From an uncultured Bacteroides sp. (GTDB lineage: Bacteria > Bacillota > Clostridia > Lachnospirales > Lachnospiraceae): a stretch of 41,119 bases of DNA. The stretch lies in contig CAYZYS010000001.1 of the NCBI GenBank assembly GCA_964482605.1, forward strand, positions 1 through 41,119, read 5' to 3'. Shown one piece after another: positions 18,223 through 30,638 of this stretch (position 1 is the first letter of the stretch; each line of letters begins with the position of its first letter). The position numbers were made by a program, and so were the translations under genes. The notes below the pieces were generated by a model that saw nothing but the letters and a program-made list of their open reading frames with translations, ran no database searches and had not been told where the DNA came from.

Positions 18223-19384
18223 CAGTCCTTACACCTTCCATATATTTCTCAACAACAGCCCTTATGTCCTCGTCCTCAATCCTGTTTTTCACAGCATCAA
18301 GCTTGGAATTGGCAAGCATGCCAATGGCGTGCTCCCTGTCAATTCCCCTTGATTCAAGGTAAAAAAGCGTCTCCTCGTCCGGTCTTCCAATTGTGGCACC
18401 ATGGTTTCCAACCACATCCTCCTCAGCACACAGGATGAGGGGAATGGTCTGGTTTACACAGGTCTCATCAATGATGAGCACATCCTCCTTCTCATTGCCC
18501 ACGGATGCCTTTGAACCCTTCTTGAAATCAATGGTTCCCCTGAACAGCTTAAATGCACTGTCCTTCAGCGCACCATTTACGGTTATGTCACAGGTTGTGT
18601 TCTGCCCTATGTGGTCAGCCACGTAATTCATGTCAAGCCGCTCACTGCCCCTGACATTGTAGCCTATGTCAATGCCCAGGCTGCTGTTGCTGCCCTCCAG
18701 CCTTACATTGCAGCCCTGATACCTTCTGTTCCCTGACAAAAACAACTGGATTATCTTAATTGATGCGCCATCCTGGCACACACCACCAATGTCATTGATT
18801 ATGTCCTCACCGCCAAGGTGCTGTACCTGTATAAGCTTCACGGTGGAATTTCTGCCGGCGTATATCAGGGTCTGCACTGCCGCAAGCCCTGCACCCACTC
18901 CAGAACCCGTACCCGTGCTGCCGTTGTGTGTGACCGCACACTCGCCGCACTGTGCATCATCCGTCTTTGCCGCACAATCCGTAATCCTGACAGGCTCCCT
19001 GTCGGCACACACTGAGCAGTTTCCCGCCACATCCATGAACACCGTGACAGATGAACCTTCCTCCGCCTCAATGCCGACGCGGTTCATCCTTCTGCCCTCA
19101 CCGCCAAATGACAGATTGAGCGTCTGTCCGGTTCCCTGGATTTTGAAATTCTTCAATGAAACACCTGCGGCATCCGCAAGCCTTGCCACGTCAGCCCCCA
19201 TACCTGTCGTTATTTCCCCAAATATGGAAGCGTCCGCACCATTTTCAACCACCTGTGAAGAAAATTTGCCATCGACACTTCCCTCACCGTCAACCGCAAC
19301 GCCCTGAACAGCAGTGTCATTCATATGAAGAAAATTCCACGTGCTTGCAGGCAAGCGATTGACAACCATATCCATCTCGTTCAT
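18194..19384 (-). CDS. sufD: Fe-S cluster assembly protein SufD-like, with Cys-rich insertion
   Basis: FRGTIDF, TIPLILCAEEDVVGNHGATIG, LFYLESRG; located between sufB and sufS. Confidence 0.88.
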   Translation of the reverse strand: MNEMDMVVNRLPASTWNFLHMNDTAVQGVAVDGEGSVDGKFSSQVVENGADASIFGEITTGMGADVARLADAAGVSLKNFKIQGTGQTLNLSFGGEGRRMNRVGIEAEEGSSVTVFMDVAGNCSVCADREPVRITDCAAKTDDAQCGECAVTHNGSTGTGSGVGAGLAAVQTLIYAGRNSTVKLIQVQHLGGEDIINDIGGVCQDGASIKIIQLFLSGNRRYQGCNVRLEGSNSSLGIDIGYNVRGSERLDMNYVADHIGQNTTCDITVNGALKDSAFKLFRGTIDFKKGSKASVGNEKEDVLIIDETCVNQTIPLILCAEEDVVGNHGATIGRPDEETLFYLESRGIDREHAIGMLANSKLDAVKNRIEDEDIRAVVEKYMEGVRTDDGAGECNS

Positions 19385-19398
19385 ATATTCCTCATTTC

Positions 19399-20805
19399 TC
19401 ACCCAATGCTTCCCTTCATCTCAAGGCGAATCAGGTTGTTCATTTCAACCGCATACTCAAGTGGAAGCTCCTTGGACACATTATCGGCAAAGCCGCTTAC
19501 TATCATCGCCCTTGCATCCTCCTCAGACAACCCGCGGCTCATCAGGTAGAATACCGCATCATCGCTTATCCTTCCTATGCTCGCCTCATGTCCCACATCT
19601 GCGTCACTGGTTCTTATGTCCATGGCAGGTATGGTGTCTGAACGGCTGATGTCATCAAGCATCAGCGACTGACATGACACGGAGGATTTGCTCTGCTTTG
19701 CATTGGCAGTCACCACAACCGCACTCCTGAAGGTGCTTGTCCCGCCATCCTTGGAAATTGACCTTGTGTTAATGTATGAGGTGGTCTTCGGGGCATTGTG
19801 GAACACCTTCATGCCCGTATCAAGATTCTGCCCCTTTCCGGCAAAGGTTATGCCAGTAAATTCGCAGCTTGAGCCCTCACCAGAAAGCACACTCATTGGA
19901 TAAAGGTAAGACACATGCGAACCAAATGAGCCTGATACCCACTCAATCTTGCCGCCCTCCTCAACAACAGCCCTCTTGGTGTTAAGGTTGTACATGTTTT
20001 TTGACCAGTTCTCTATGGTTGAATAGCGAAGCTTCGCATTTTTCCCAACATACAGCTCAACACACCCCGCATGCAGATTTGCCACATTGTACTTAGGGGC
20101 AGAGCACCCCTCTATGAAATGAAGGCTTGCCCCCTCATCAACGATGATCAACGTGTGCTCAAACTGCCCCGCACCTGCCGCATTAAGCCTGAAATATGAC
20201 TGAAGCGGTATCGCAACCTCAACGCCCTTCGGCACATAGACAAATGAACCACCTGACCAAACTGCACCGTGAAGTGCCGCAAACTTGTGGTCAGTAGGCG
20301 GTACAAGCTTCATGAAATGCGTCCTGACCATATCTGCATACTCACCGTTCAATGCGCTCTCCATGTCAGTATACACAACCCCCTGTGCAGCCACCTCATC
20401 CTTCACGTTGTGGTACACAAGCTCGGAATCGTACTGGGCGCCAACACCCGCAAGGGATTCCCTCTCAGCCTGCGGGATTCCAAGCCTCTCAAAGGTATTC
20501 TTTATATCCTCCGGCACATCCGACCACTTGGCACTCATCTTGGTGTTGGGCCTAACGTACGTGGCAATGTGGTCAATATCCAGCCCATCTATTGACGGCC
20601 CCCATTCAGGAACCTTCAGCTCGTTATATGTCTGCAATGACTTAAGGCGGAAATCCCTCATCCAGTCGGGGTCATTCTTCTGCTTTGATATGCCAAGAAC
20701 TGTCTCCTCAGTGAGACCCTCCTTCATCCTGTAAGCATCATTTTCCGCATCCTTTATGTCATACACACTTCTATTAATGTCTGCAACTACTGTCTTTTCT
20801 TCCAT
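19399..20805 (-). CDS. sufB: Fe-S cluster assembly protein SufB
   Basis: GVGAQYDSE, AVWSGGSFVYVP, GQFEHTLII, EGCSAP, LHAGCVE, ELPLEYAVEMN. Confidence 0.97.
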   Translation of the reverse strand: MEEKTVVADINRSVYDIKDAENDAYRMKEGLTEETVLGISKQKNDPDWMRDFRLKSLQTYNELKVPEWGPSIDGLDIDHIATYVRPNTKMSAKWSDVPEDIKNTFERLGIPQAERESLAGVGAQYDSELVYHNVKDEVAAQGVVYTDMESALNGEYADMVRTHFMKLVPPTDHKFAALHGAVWSGGSFVYVPKGVEVAIPLQSYFRLNAAGAGQFEHTLIIVDEGASLHFIEGCSAPKYNVANLHAGCVELYVGKNAKLRYSTIENWSKNMYNLNTKRAVVEEGGKIEWVSGSFGSHVSYLYPMSVLSGEGSSCEFTGITFAGKGQNLDTGMKVFHNAPKTTSYINTRSISKDGGTSTFRSAVVVTANAKQSKSSVSCQSLMLDDISRSDTIPAMDIRTSDADVGHEASIGRISDDAVFYLMSRGLSEEDARAMIVSGFADNVSKELPLEYAVEMNNLIRLEMKGSIG

Positions 20806-20818
20806 GCTTCCCTCTTTC

Positions 20819-21559
20819 TCACCCAAGGAACTGCTCAAATCCGTTCTCATTAATGTCATCAATCAATGATGCATCCCCTGTGGCAACAATCTTACCATTC
20901 ACAAGGACATGTGTGTAATCCACATGAAGTGATTCAAGTATCCTTGTGCTGTGGGTAATTATGAGAAGCGCCCCATTCTGGTTCTTCTGGTATTCCTCAA
21001 CTCCCATTGACACGGTCTTCACGGCATCGACATCAAGCCCTGAATCCGTCTCGTCAAGGATTGCAAGGGACGGATGCAGCATAAGAAGCTGCAAAATCTC
21101 AGCCTTCTTCTTCTCACCACCGGAAAATCCCACATTCAGGTCACGGTCAAGCCATGAAGCGTCCATCTGCAGGAAATCCATCTGCTTTTTTGCAAGCTTC
21201 TTGAAATTCCACAGCGTAAGCTTTTCGCCCCTCTGCTCCAACGCACTCCTGATGAAATTGCCAAGGGTGACGCCCGGAACCTCTATTGGATTCTGAAATG
21301 AAAGGAAAAGCCCTGCCTTTGCCCTGTCAGACACAGACTTTTCAAGCATGTCCGCACCATCAAAGGTGACGCTGCCGCCAAGCACCTCATACCTTGGATT
21401 GCCCATGAGTGCGTATCCAAGCGTGGACTTGCCCGCACCGTTTGGTCCCATGAGGACATGCGTCTCCCCCGCATTTATTGAAAGATTTAATCCGTGCAAA
21501 ATCTCCTTTTCATCAACACCAACCTTAAGACCGTTGACATTTAATATTTCCTGTGGCAT
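20819..21559 (-). CDS. sufC: Fe-S cluster assembly ATPase SufC
   Basis: MGPNGAGKST, GFSGGEKKK, ILDETDSGLDVDA. Confidence 0.96.
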   Translation of the reverse strand: MPQEILNVNGLKVGVDEKEILHGLNLSINAGETHVLMGPNGAGKSTLGYALMGNPRYEVLGGSVTFDGADMLEKSVSDRAKAGLFLSFQNPIEVPGVTLGNFIRSALEQRGEKLTLWNFKKLAKKQMDFLQMDASWLDRDLNVGFSGGEKKKAEILQLLMLHPSLAILDETDSGLDVDAVKTVSMGVEEYQKNQNGALLIITHSTRILESLHVDYTHVLVNGKIVATGDASLIDDINENGFEQFLG

Positions 21560-21578
21560 CATTACCTCCAAAATTACA

Positions 21579-21660
21579 GATATTTCCTAATCAAACAATG
21601 ATTAGTATACCCTTTTTTTCAATATATTGTCAATACCATATAGGTTTAATAGGAAATATC
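21579..21660 (-). promoter_or_regulatory. suf promoter framed by inverted-repeat operator-like sites
   Basis: TTGACA(21628-33)-18bp-TATACT(21604-09); GATATTTCCTA (21579-89) / TAGGAAATATC (21650-60) perfect inverted repeat. Confidence 0.65.
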
Positions 21661-21676
21661 ATCTTTTCCTGACAAC

Positions 21677-21704
21677 AAAACGGGGTCTGCGGTGTGCAGA
21701 CCCC
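21677..21704 (-). terminator. Rho-independent terminator of guaB
   Basis: GGGGTCTGC...GCAGACCCC stem followed by GTTTTGTT on the minus strand. Confidence 0.8.
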
Positions 21705-21739
21705 AACATAATCATCATATCACGCATTCGTGATTGTCA

Positions 21740-23245
21740 TTACTTATCGTTAGGAACGCTTTCCTTGCGGATTACGTCATGGGCTCCGCCCTCAACGATG
21801 CTTGTGGCGGATACAAGCGTAATCTTTGCCTTCTGCTGCAATTCCTTGATTGTCAATGCACCACAATTGCACATGGTGGACTTGACCTTGTTGAGCGTAC
21901 GGTCAACATTGTCCTTCAGCGGGCCTGCATATGGAACATACGAATCAACGCCCTCCTCGAAGGAAAGCTTCTTCGCCCCGCCAAGGTCATAGCGCTGCCA
22001 GTTCCTTGCACGGTTGGAGCCCTCGCCCCAATACTCCTTCACATAGGTGCCGCCCACAAGCATTTTCTCTGTCGGGCTTTCATCAAAGCGTGCGAAATAC
22101 CTTCCCAGCATGACAAAATCAGCACCCATCGCAAGGGCAAGCGTTATGTGGTGGTCATACACAATACCACCGTCTGAGCATACAGGAATGTATACCCCTG
22201 TCTCCTCAAAATATTCATCCCTTGCCTGGCAAACCTCAATCAATGCCGTTGCCTGTCCGCGTCCGATTCCCTTTGTCTCCCTGGTGATGCAGATTGAGCC
22301 GCCGCCTATTCCAACCTTTATGAAATCCGCGCCGCAGTCAGCAAGGAACCTGAAGCCCTCCCTGTCAACCACGTTGCCTGCGCCAACCTTCACCTTGTCG
22401 CCGTAATTCTTGCGAACCCATTCAAGCGTGAGCTTCTGCCACTCCGAGAAGCCCTCTGAGGAATCAATGCAAAGCACGTCAGCCCCAGCCTCAAGAAGTG
22501 CGGGAATCCTCTCAGCATAATCCCTGGTGTTAATTCCTGCACCCACGACATAGCGCTTGTTGGCATCAAGGAGCTCATCAGGATTTTCCTTGTGTTCAGC
22601 GTAATCCTTGCGGAACACAAACGCAACCAGCCTTCCGTCCTCACTCACGATTGGGAGCGAATTAATCTTGTTATCCCATATGATGTCATTGGCCTCACTC
22701 AGGGTGACGCCTTCCTTTGCAGTAACCAGCTTTTCCAGTGGTGTCATGAAGGTAGACACCTTCGTTGACTTGTCCATCCTGCTCACACGGTAATCCCTGC
22801 TGGACACAATGCCCACAAGACGTCCATTGGCTGTTCCGTCATCAGTCACGGCAATCGTCGAATGCCCTGATTCCTCCTTAAGTGTAAGCACATCCTCAAG
22901 GGTTGCATCCGGTCCAATGTTGGAATCACTTGGGACAAAGCCTGCCTTGTAGCCCTTCGCCTTGGCAACCATTGCCGCCTCGTCCTCAATTGACTGGGAA
23001 CCATATATAAATGAAACACCACCGCTTTTTGCCAGTGCAACAGCAAGCTTGTCACCTGACACGGACTGCATGATTGCCGAAACCATTGGAATTGACATCT
23101 CAATCGCAGGCTTCTCGCCCTTATTATACTTAACAAGCGGGGTTTTAAGTGATACATTGCTAGTCATGTGCTCGCTTGATGAATAACCAGGTATCAACAG
23201 GTATTCATTAAATGTGTGTGACGGTTCATTGATATATGTCGCCAT
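21740..23245 (-). CDS. guaB: IMP dehydrogenase (with CBS domains)
   Basis: [34 protein letters not shown]. Confidence 0.96.
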   Translation of the reverse strand: MATYINEPSHTFNEYLLIPGYSSSEHMTSNVSLKTPLVKYNKGEKPAIEMSIPMVSAIMQSVSGDKLAVALAKSGGVSFIYGSQSIEDEAAMVAKAKGYKAGFVPSDSNIGPDATLEDVLTLKEESGHSTIAVTDDGTANGRLVGIVSSRDYRVSRMDKSTKVSTFMTPLEKLVTAKEGVTLSEANDIIWDNKINSLPIVSEDGRLVAFVFRKDYAEHKENPDELLDANKRYVVGAGINTRDYAERIPALLEAGADVLCIDSSEGFSEWQKLTLEWVRKNYGDKVKVGAGNVVDREGFRFLADCGADFIKVGIGGGSICITRETKGIGRGQATALIEVCQARDEYFEETGVYIPVCSDGGIVYDHHITLALAMGADFVMLGRYFARFDESPTEKMLVGGTYVKEYWGEGSNRARNWQRYDLGGAKKLSFEEGVDSYVPYAGPLKDNVDRTLNKVKSTMCNCGALTIKELQQKAKITLVSATSIVEGGAHDVIRKESVPNDK

Positions 23246-23282
23246 TATGTACCTCCATCCTAATTTTCAATATAATCAGTTG

Positions 23283-23311
23283 ATTATATCTTTTTTAGGG
23301 GTTCTTGTCAA
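23283..23311 (-). promoter_or_regulatory. consensus sigma-70/A promoter of guaB
   Basis: TTGACA-17bp-TATAAT. Confidence 0.85.
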
Positions 23312-23321
23312 TAAATCTGCC

Positions 23322-26168
<2,847 letters not shown>

Positions 26169-26191
26169 ACCCTACTCCATCCCTCACCGCA

Positions 26192-28222
26192 TCATTGCAC
26201 TTCGGCATTCTTGTACTCATTTGCCGCGTTGACCACTGCCTCCCTCAAGTCATCCGTCAAATCCTTCGAGGTTACAATCTGGTTGATTATGTCCGAATGA
26301 TTCTCATGGAAATAATCAAGCAGCCCCGCCTCAAAGGTCTTCAGCCTGTCAAGCTGCACATCACTGAATACGTGCGCATTCGCCGCCGTGAGTATTATCA
26401 CCTGCTCAGCCATGGAATACGGGTTGCCAAGCGGCTGCTTGAGCAGCTCCATCAGCGCACGCCCATGCTGAAGCTGTTTTTTCGTCCCCTCATCCAAATC
26501 CGATGAGAACTGGGTAAACACCTCCATCTCCCTGTACTGCGCAAGGTCAATCCTTATGCTTCCCGCTGCCTTCTTCATTGCCTTGGTCTGTGCCGCGCCA
26601 CCAACCCTGGACACGGAAAGCCCAACATTTACCGCCGGCCTCTGGCCCGAGAAGAACAGCTCGCTCTCAAGATATATCTGTCCATCGGTAATGGAAATGA
26701 CATTTGTCGGGATATATGCCGACACATCACCTGCCTGTGTCTCAATAATCGGCAGCGCCGTTATGGAGCCGCCGCCTGCCTCCGGGGTAAGACGGCTCGA
26801 ACGCTCAAGCAGCCTTGAATGCAGGTAGAACACGTCACCCGGATACGCCTCACGCCCTGGTGAACGCTCAAGCAGCAGTGATATTGCCCTGTATGCAACC
26901 GCATGCTTTGAAAGGTCATCATATATTATCAGGACATCCTTGCCCTGATACATGAAATACTCCGCAAGTGCTGTCCCCGAATACGGCGCTATGTACTGCA
27001 GCGGTGCAGGGTCCGACGCTGTTGCGGACACCACAATGGTATAGCCCATGGCATCATTTTTCTCAAGGGTATTCACCAGCTTTGCAACAGTTGACGCCTT
27101 CTGGCCTATGGCAACATACACGCATATCACGTCCTTGCCCTTCTGGTTGATTATTGCATCCATTGCAATCGAGGTCTTGCCCGTCTGCCTGTCACCAATG
27201 ATGAGCTCCCTCTGCCCCCTGCCTATCGGAAACATTGAGTCAATTGCAAGTATTCCCGTCTCCATCGGCACGGACACTGATTTTCTGTCAACAATCCCAG
27301 GTGCGGGATTCTCAATCGGGCGGAAGCCCTCACCCTTGATGTCACCCTTGCCGTCCAGCGGATTGCCCAAGGCATCAATGACCCTGCCCTTGTATTCATC
27401 ACCAACGGATATGCCCGCCATCTTACCGGTCCTCATGACACGACTTCCCTCATGAATGCCGGTATCCCTTCCAAAAAGGATGACACCGATTTCATCACGA
27501 CGAACGTCCTGCACCATGCCCTTGATTCCACAGTCAAACACCACTATCTCACCGTAAAATGCATGGTCTATACCGTCAATGTTGGCTATTCCGTCACCAA
27601 CCCAGCTTACAACGCCTATCTCCTTATCCTTTGCCTCAAGCTGGAAATCCTCTATGTTTGCCTTGAGGATTGAAATGATTCCCTCTTCACTCAGCGGAAG
27701 CCTTCCCGTTGCACCAAGCCCGTCAGCAATCCTTGCCTCAAGCTGGCTGAGTCTTCCCTGCTGGCTCCAGTCGTACTCCCTGCTGCCAACCCTGAGTATG
27801 AAGCCGCTTCCAATCGACTTATCCTCCCTGCACTCAAGCTTAATGTCCTCATTGCCAAATTCCTTTACAAGGAACTGCCTGATTCCCTCAAGCTGCTGCT
27901 GTGTTGGTGGGGTAACATATATGAGTGTCGCCGCATTTTCAGTCTTTCCCGTTTCACTGCCAAGCTCCTGCAGTGCGGCACACACCTCGTCATATAGCTT
28001 AAAATCGCCATTGTCACACAATAGCTTCAGAAAATTGCGCACCTCCTTGGGAAACACCCTGTCAATGACAATGTGCTTCTTCTCAAGTGCCACGGTAGGG
28101 TCTGCGAACTCGTCGCGAAGCTGTGGCACAGCCTCAAGTATGTCGCTTGCCTGCTGCAAAACCTCCCGGGGAGTCCCTGTGGTGTGCAAATCCCTTGCAT
28201 AATCCATTGCTGCCTGTGTCAC
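26192..28222 (-). CDS. atpA: fused ATP synthase delta + alpha subunit (atpH-atpA fusion, 676 aa)
   Basis: About 170 N-terminal aa are delta-like (RNFLKLL, DKSIGSGFILRVGSREYDWS); the rest is alpha (GDGIA, GRGQRELIIGDRQTGKT, PGREAYPGDVFYLHSRLLER); no stop between them. Confidence 0.92.
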   Translation of the reverse strand: MTQAAMDYARDLHTTGTPREVLQQASDILEAVPQLRDEFADPTVALEKKHIVIDRVFPKEVRNFLKLLCDNGDFKLYDEVCAALQELGSETGKTENAATLIYVTPPTQQQLEGIRQFLVKEFGNEDIKLECREDKSIGSGFILRVGSREYDWSQQGRLSQLEARIADGLGATGRLPLSEEGIISILKANIEDFQLEAKDKEIGVVSWVGDGIANIDGIDHAFYGEIVVFDCGIKGMVQDVRRDEIGVILFGRDTGIHEGSRVMRTGKMAGISVGDEYKGRVIDALGNPLDGKGDIKGEGFRPIENPAPGIVDRKSVSVPMETGILAIDSMFPIGRGQRELIIGDRQTGKTSIAMDAIINQKGKDVICVYVAIGQKASTVAKLVNTLEKNDAMGYTIVVSATASDPAPLQYIAPYSGTALAEYFMYQGKDVLIIYDDLSKHAVAYRAISLLLERSPGREAYPGDVFYLHSRLLERSSRLTPEAGGGSITALPIIETQAGDVSAYIPTNVISITDGQIYLESELFFSGQRPAVNVGLSVSRVGGAAQTKAMKKAAGSIRIDLAQYREMEVFTQFSSDLDEGTKKQLQHGRALMELLKQPLGNPYSMAEQVIILTAANAHVFSDVQLDRLKTFEAGLLDYFHENHSDIINQIVTSKDLTDDLREAVVNAANEYKNAEVQ

Positions 28223-28704
28223 GCTTCATCACCTGCTTTTTTCAAAAATTTGTCGTAGAGCGCACCATCACCCTGTGCCCCCTTGCTTTCACCAACAACC
28301 TTTGCCGCTGCGTCCACCACCATGTCGGCAATCTCACGCTCGGCATTCCTGAGTATCTGGTTCTTCTGGTTGGTGGCTTCGGCAACTGCATCATCCTTGA
28401 TGTTCCTTGCCTCGGTCTTTGCCTGTACAAGAATCTTGTCATACTCTGCCTGTGCCTGCTTCCTTGTGTCGGACATTATCTGTTTCTTTTCCTCCTCCAC
28501 ATTCTGCACGGACTGCTCGTACTCAAGCTTCATCCTGTCAGCCTCGGTCTTTGCCGCAGCAGCCTCGTCAAACTGTGCGTCAACACCCTTTTGCCTCTCC
28601 TCAATTATCCTCTGGACAGGCCTGAACAGGAATATCTTCATCGCCACCACAAGCACCAGCAAGTTAATCACTGTAAATAATAAATTAATGTCAACCCGGA
28701 GCAT
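28219..28704 (-). CDS. atpF: F1Fo ATP synthase subunit b
   Basis: N-terminal TM (INLLVL…FLFRPV) followed by a coiled coil; position in the operon. Confidence 0.92.
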   Translation of the reverse strand: MLRVDINLLFTVINLLVLVVAMKIFLFRPVQRIIEERQKGVDAQFDEAAAAKTEADRMKLEYEQSVQNVEEEKKQIMSDTRKQAQAEYDKILVQAKTEARNIKDDAVAEATNQKNQILRNAEREIADMVVDAAAKVVGESKGAQGDGALYDKFLKKAGDEA

Positions 28705-28748
28705 CCTTCAGCCCACCTTTCCTAATCAGTAATCGCCTATGCGTCCCA

Positions 28749-28973
28749 TCATCCAAGCATGATTATAATCATGAGGGCAATTACAAATCCATAGATGGCG
28801 GTTGCCTCTGCAAGGGCACATCCAAGAATCAGTGAGCTGTTAATCTTGCCTGCCGCCTCAGGCTGCCTTGCTATTGCCTCCGCTGCCTTGCCTGTCGCGA
28901 TGCCGATTCCCACACCTGCTCCTACTGCTGCAAATACTGCTATGCCTGCTCCAATTGCTATCAAAGAATTCAT
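28749..28973 (-). CDS. atpE: F1Fo ATP synthase subunit c
   Basis: GxGxGxG, ARQPE loop, conserved Glu in LAEATAIY. Confidence 0.96.
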   Translation of the reverse strand: MNSLIAIGAGIAVFAAVGAGVGIGIATGKAAEAIARQPEAAGKINSSLILGCALAEATAIYGFVIALMIIIMLG

Positions 28974-29011
28974 GTCTTATCTCCTTTTATTTTAATTATA
29001 TTTACTACAAA

Positions 29012-29701
29012 TCACTCAATTGCCTCACTGATGTACAAGGACGTCAGGAACACGAACACATACGCCTGCAGCAGTCCGTCAAAAAGGTCAAAATACAGAC
29101 AGAACACCGCCGGCAAAAGTACCGGAACCACAATCTTGATTAGCTCCATTATTACAAACGAACCAAGAACATTGCCAAAAAGTCGCATACAAAGGGACAA
29201 CGGCCTTGTGAACACCTCAAGTATGTTGATTGGCGTCACGATTGCCACAGGCTCCGTAAACTTGTGCAGCCATTTTTTAATGCCGCACATGTATATGCCT
29301 GCCCCCTCCACCAGCAGAATGCTCATGAGCGCCAGTGCCACGGTGACATTAAGGTCCTTTGTCGGTGACTTGAATCCAAACAGCCCGATTATGTTGGCAA
29401 CGCCAATGTATATCAGCACCGTTGTAAGGTAAGGTACATATGCCCTGCCCTTCTCGCCAACCATGCCCTCGACAAGTCCCGTCAGCTTTGTGACTATGAG
29501 CTCAGCCACCGCCTGCCGCTTGCCAATGTGGTCAACCTTCAGGTTCCAGGTAAGGATGATGGATGCAAGAATCAGAACCGCCATGATAATCCATGTGACC
29601 ACAACGGATTCAGACACGCCTATTGTGTACCCCGCAACATTAAAGGAAAACACATCCTCGCACTGCAGCTCCTGCATCAGCTCCTCTGCCAAGCTACCCA
29701 T
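29012..29701 (-). CDS. atpB: F1Fo ATP synthase subunit a
   Basis: SPTKDLNVT, PLSLCMRLFGN, LQAYVFVFLT. Confidence 0.95.
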   Translation of the reverse strand: MGSLAEELMQELQCEDVFSFNVAGYTIGVSESVVVTWIIMAVLILASIILTWNLKVDHIGKRQAVAELIVTKLTGLVEGMVGEKGRAYVPYLTTVLIYIGVANIIGLFGFKSPTKDLNVTVALALMSILLVEGAGIYMCGIKKWLHKFTEPVAIVTPINILEVFTRPLSLCMRLFGNVLGSFVIMELIKIVVPVLLPAVFCLYFDLFDGLLQAYVFVFLTSLYISEAIE

Positions 29702-29739
29702 TATTCTCACTTCCTTCCTATTAAATTAATCATCATTGG

Positions 29740-29768
29740 ATTATAGCACAATGAAGGGGATATGGTAA
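29740..29768 (-). promoter_or_regulatory. putative atp operon promoter
   Basis: TTACCA-17bp-TATAAT with extended -10 TG. Confidence 0.55.
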
Positions 29769-29846
29769 GTTCTTTATTGTGTACATAATCTGTATTAATT
29801 TGTGAAAGCGTGTGAATACATGTGCGCAAATACAGGAATTGTCACG

Positions 29847-29901
29847 AAAAAAAATATTCCCACGGCTCCCCCGCTCATATGCGAAAGGGTCGTGGGAATA
29901 T
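29847..29901 (-). terminator. Rho-independent terminator of thrH
   Basis: ATATTCCCACG...CGTGGGAATAT stem followed by a T run on the minus strand. Confidence 0.7.
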
Positions 29902-29918
29902 ATTCATTCCTGCCATTA

Positions 29919-30518
29919 TCACAGCGCCTTCTTAATTGCATCAAGAAGCTCCCCATATTCCTCATATGCAGGAAGCTGCGGATAATCAGCCTTAATCTTG
30001 TCGGTGCTCTTGAACAGGAAGCCCGCCTTGCTTGCCTCAATCATGCCAAGGTCATTGTAGCTGTCACCGCTTGCAATTGTCTCATAGCCAATCGACTGCA
30101 GCGCCTTCACGGTGGTGAGCTTTGACTTCTCGCACCTCATCTTAAAGCCCGTAATCTCGCCATTGTCCGCAACCTCAAGCGAATTGCAGAATATGGTTGG
30201 CCAACCAAGCTTTTTCATGAGCGGCTTCGCAAACTCCTCAAAGGTATCACTTATGATGATGACCTGCGTAAGCGACCTCAACTCGTCAAGAAACTCCTTC
30301 GCCCCCGGAATCGGGTCAATGGTGGCGATGGTCTGCTGAATCTCCTTAAGCCCAAGCCCGTGCTCCTTCAAAATCCCAAGGCGCCATTTCATCAGCTTGT
30401 CATAATCAGGCTCATCCCTCGTGGTCTTCTTCAACTCATCAATACCGCTTGCCTTTGAAAATGCAATCCAAATTTCAGGCACAAGCACGCCTTCCAAATC
30501 CAAACAAACTATGTTCAT
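29919..30518 (-). CDS. thrH: phosphoserine phosphatase / homoserine phosphotransferase ThrH (HAD)
   Basis: CLDLEGVLVPEIW, TTRDEPDYD, SDTF, GDSYND. Confidence 0.95.
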   Translation of the reverse strand: MNIVCLDLEGVLVPEIWIAFSKASGIDELKKTTRDEPDYDKLMKWRLGILKEHGLGLKEIQQTIATIDPIPGAKEFLDELRSLTQVIIISDTFEEFAKPLMKKLGWPTIFCNSLEVADNGEITGFKMRCEKSKLTTVKALQSIGYETIASGDSYNDLGMIEASKAGFLFKSTDKIKADYPQLPAYEEYGELLDAIKKAL

Positions 30519-30598
30519 CTCAATCTCCATTCCTCTTTCTGAAACATTATATTGCCATGCCAGTCCCGCATGCGGTTATACAAGCACAAGCATTTGGA

Positions 30599-30627
30599 AT
30601 TATACCACATAAGCGGCAGCTTTTCAA
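30599..30627 (-). promoter_or_regulatory. sigma-70/A promoter of thrH
   Basis: TTGAAA-17bp-TATAAT with extended -10 TG. Confidence 0.7.
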
Positions 30628-30638
30628 TGTGCCAAACA

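Noticed and set aside
21719-21734. Short palindrome ATCACGCATTCGTGAT resembling hairpin 3 of the purC element
   Set aside because: Only a 6-bp stem; too short to call a related copy
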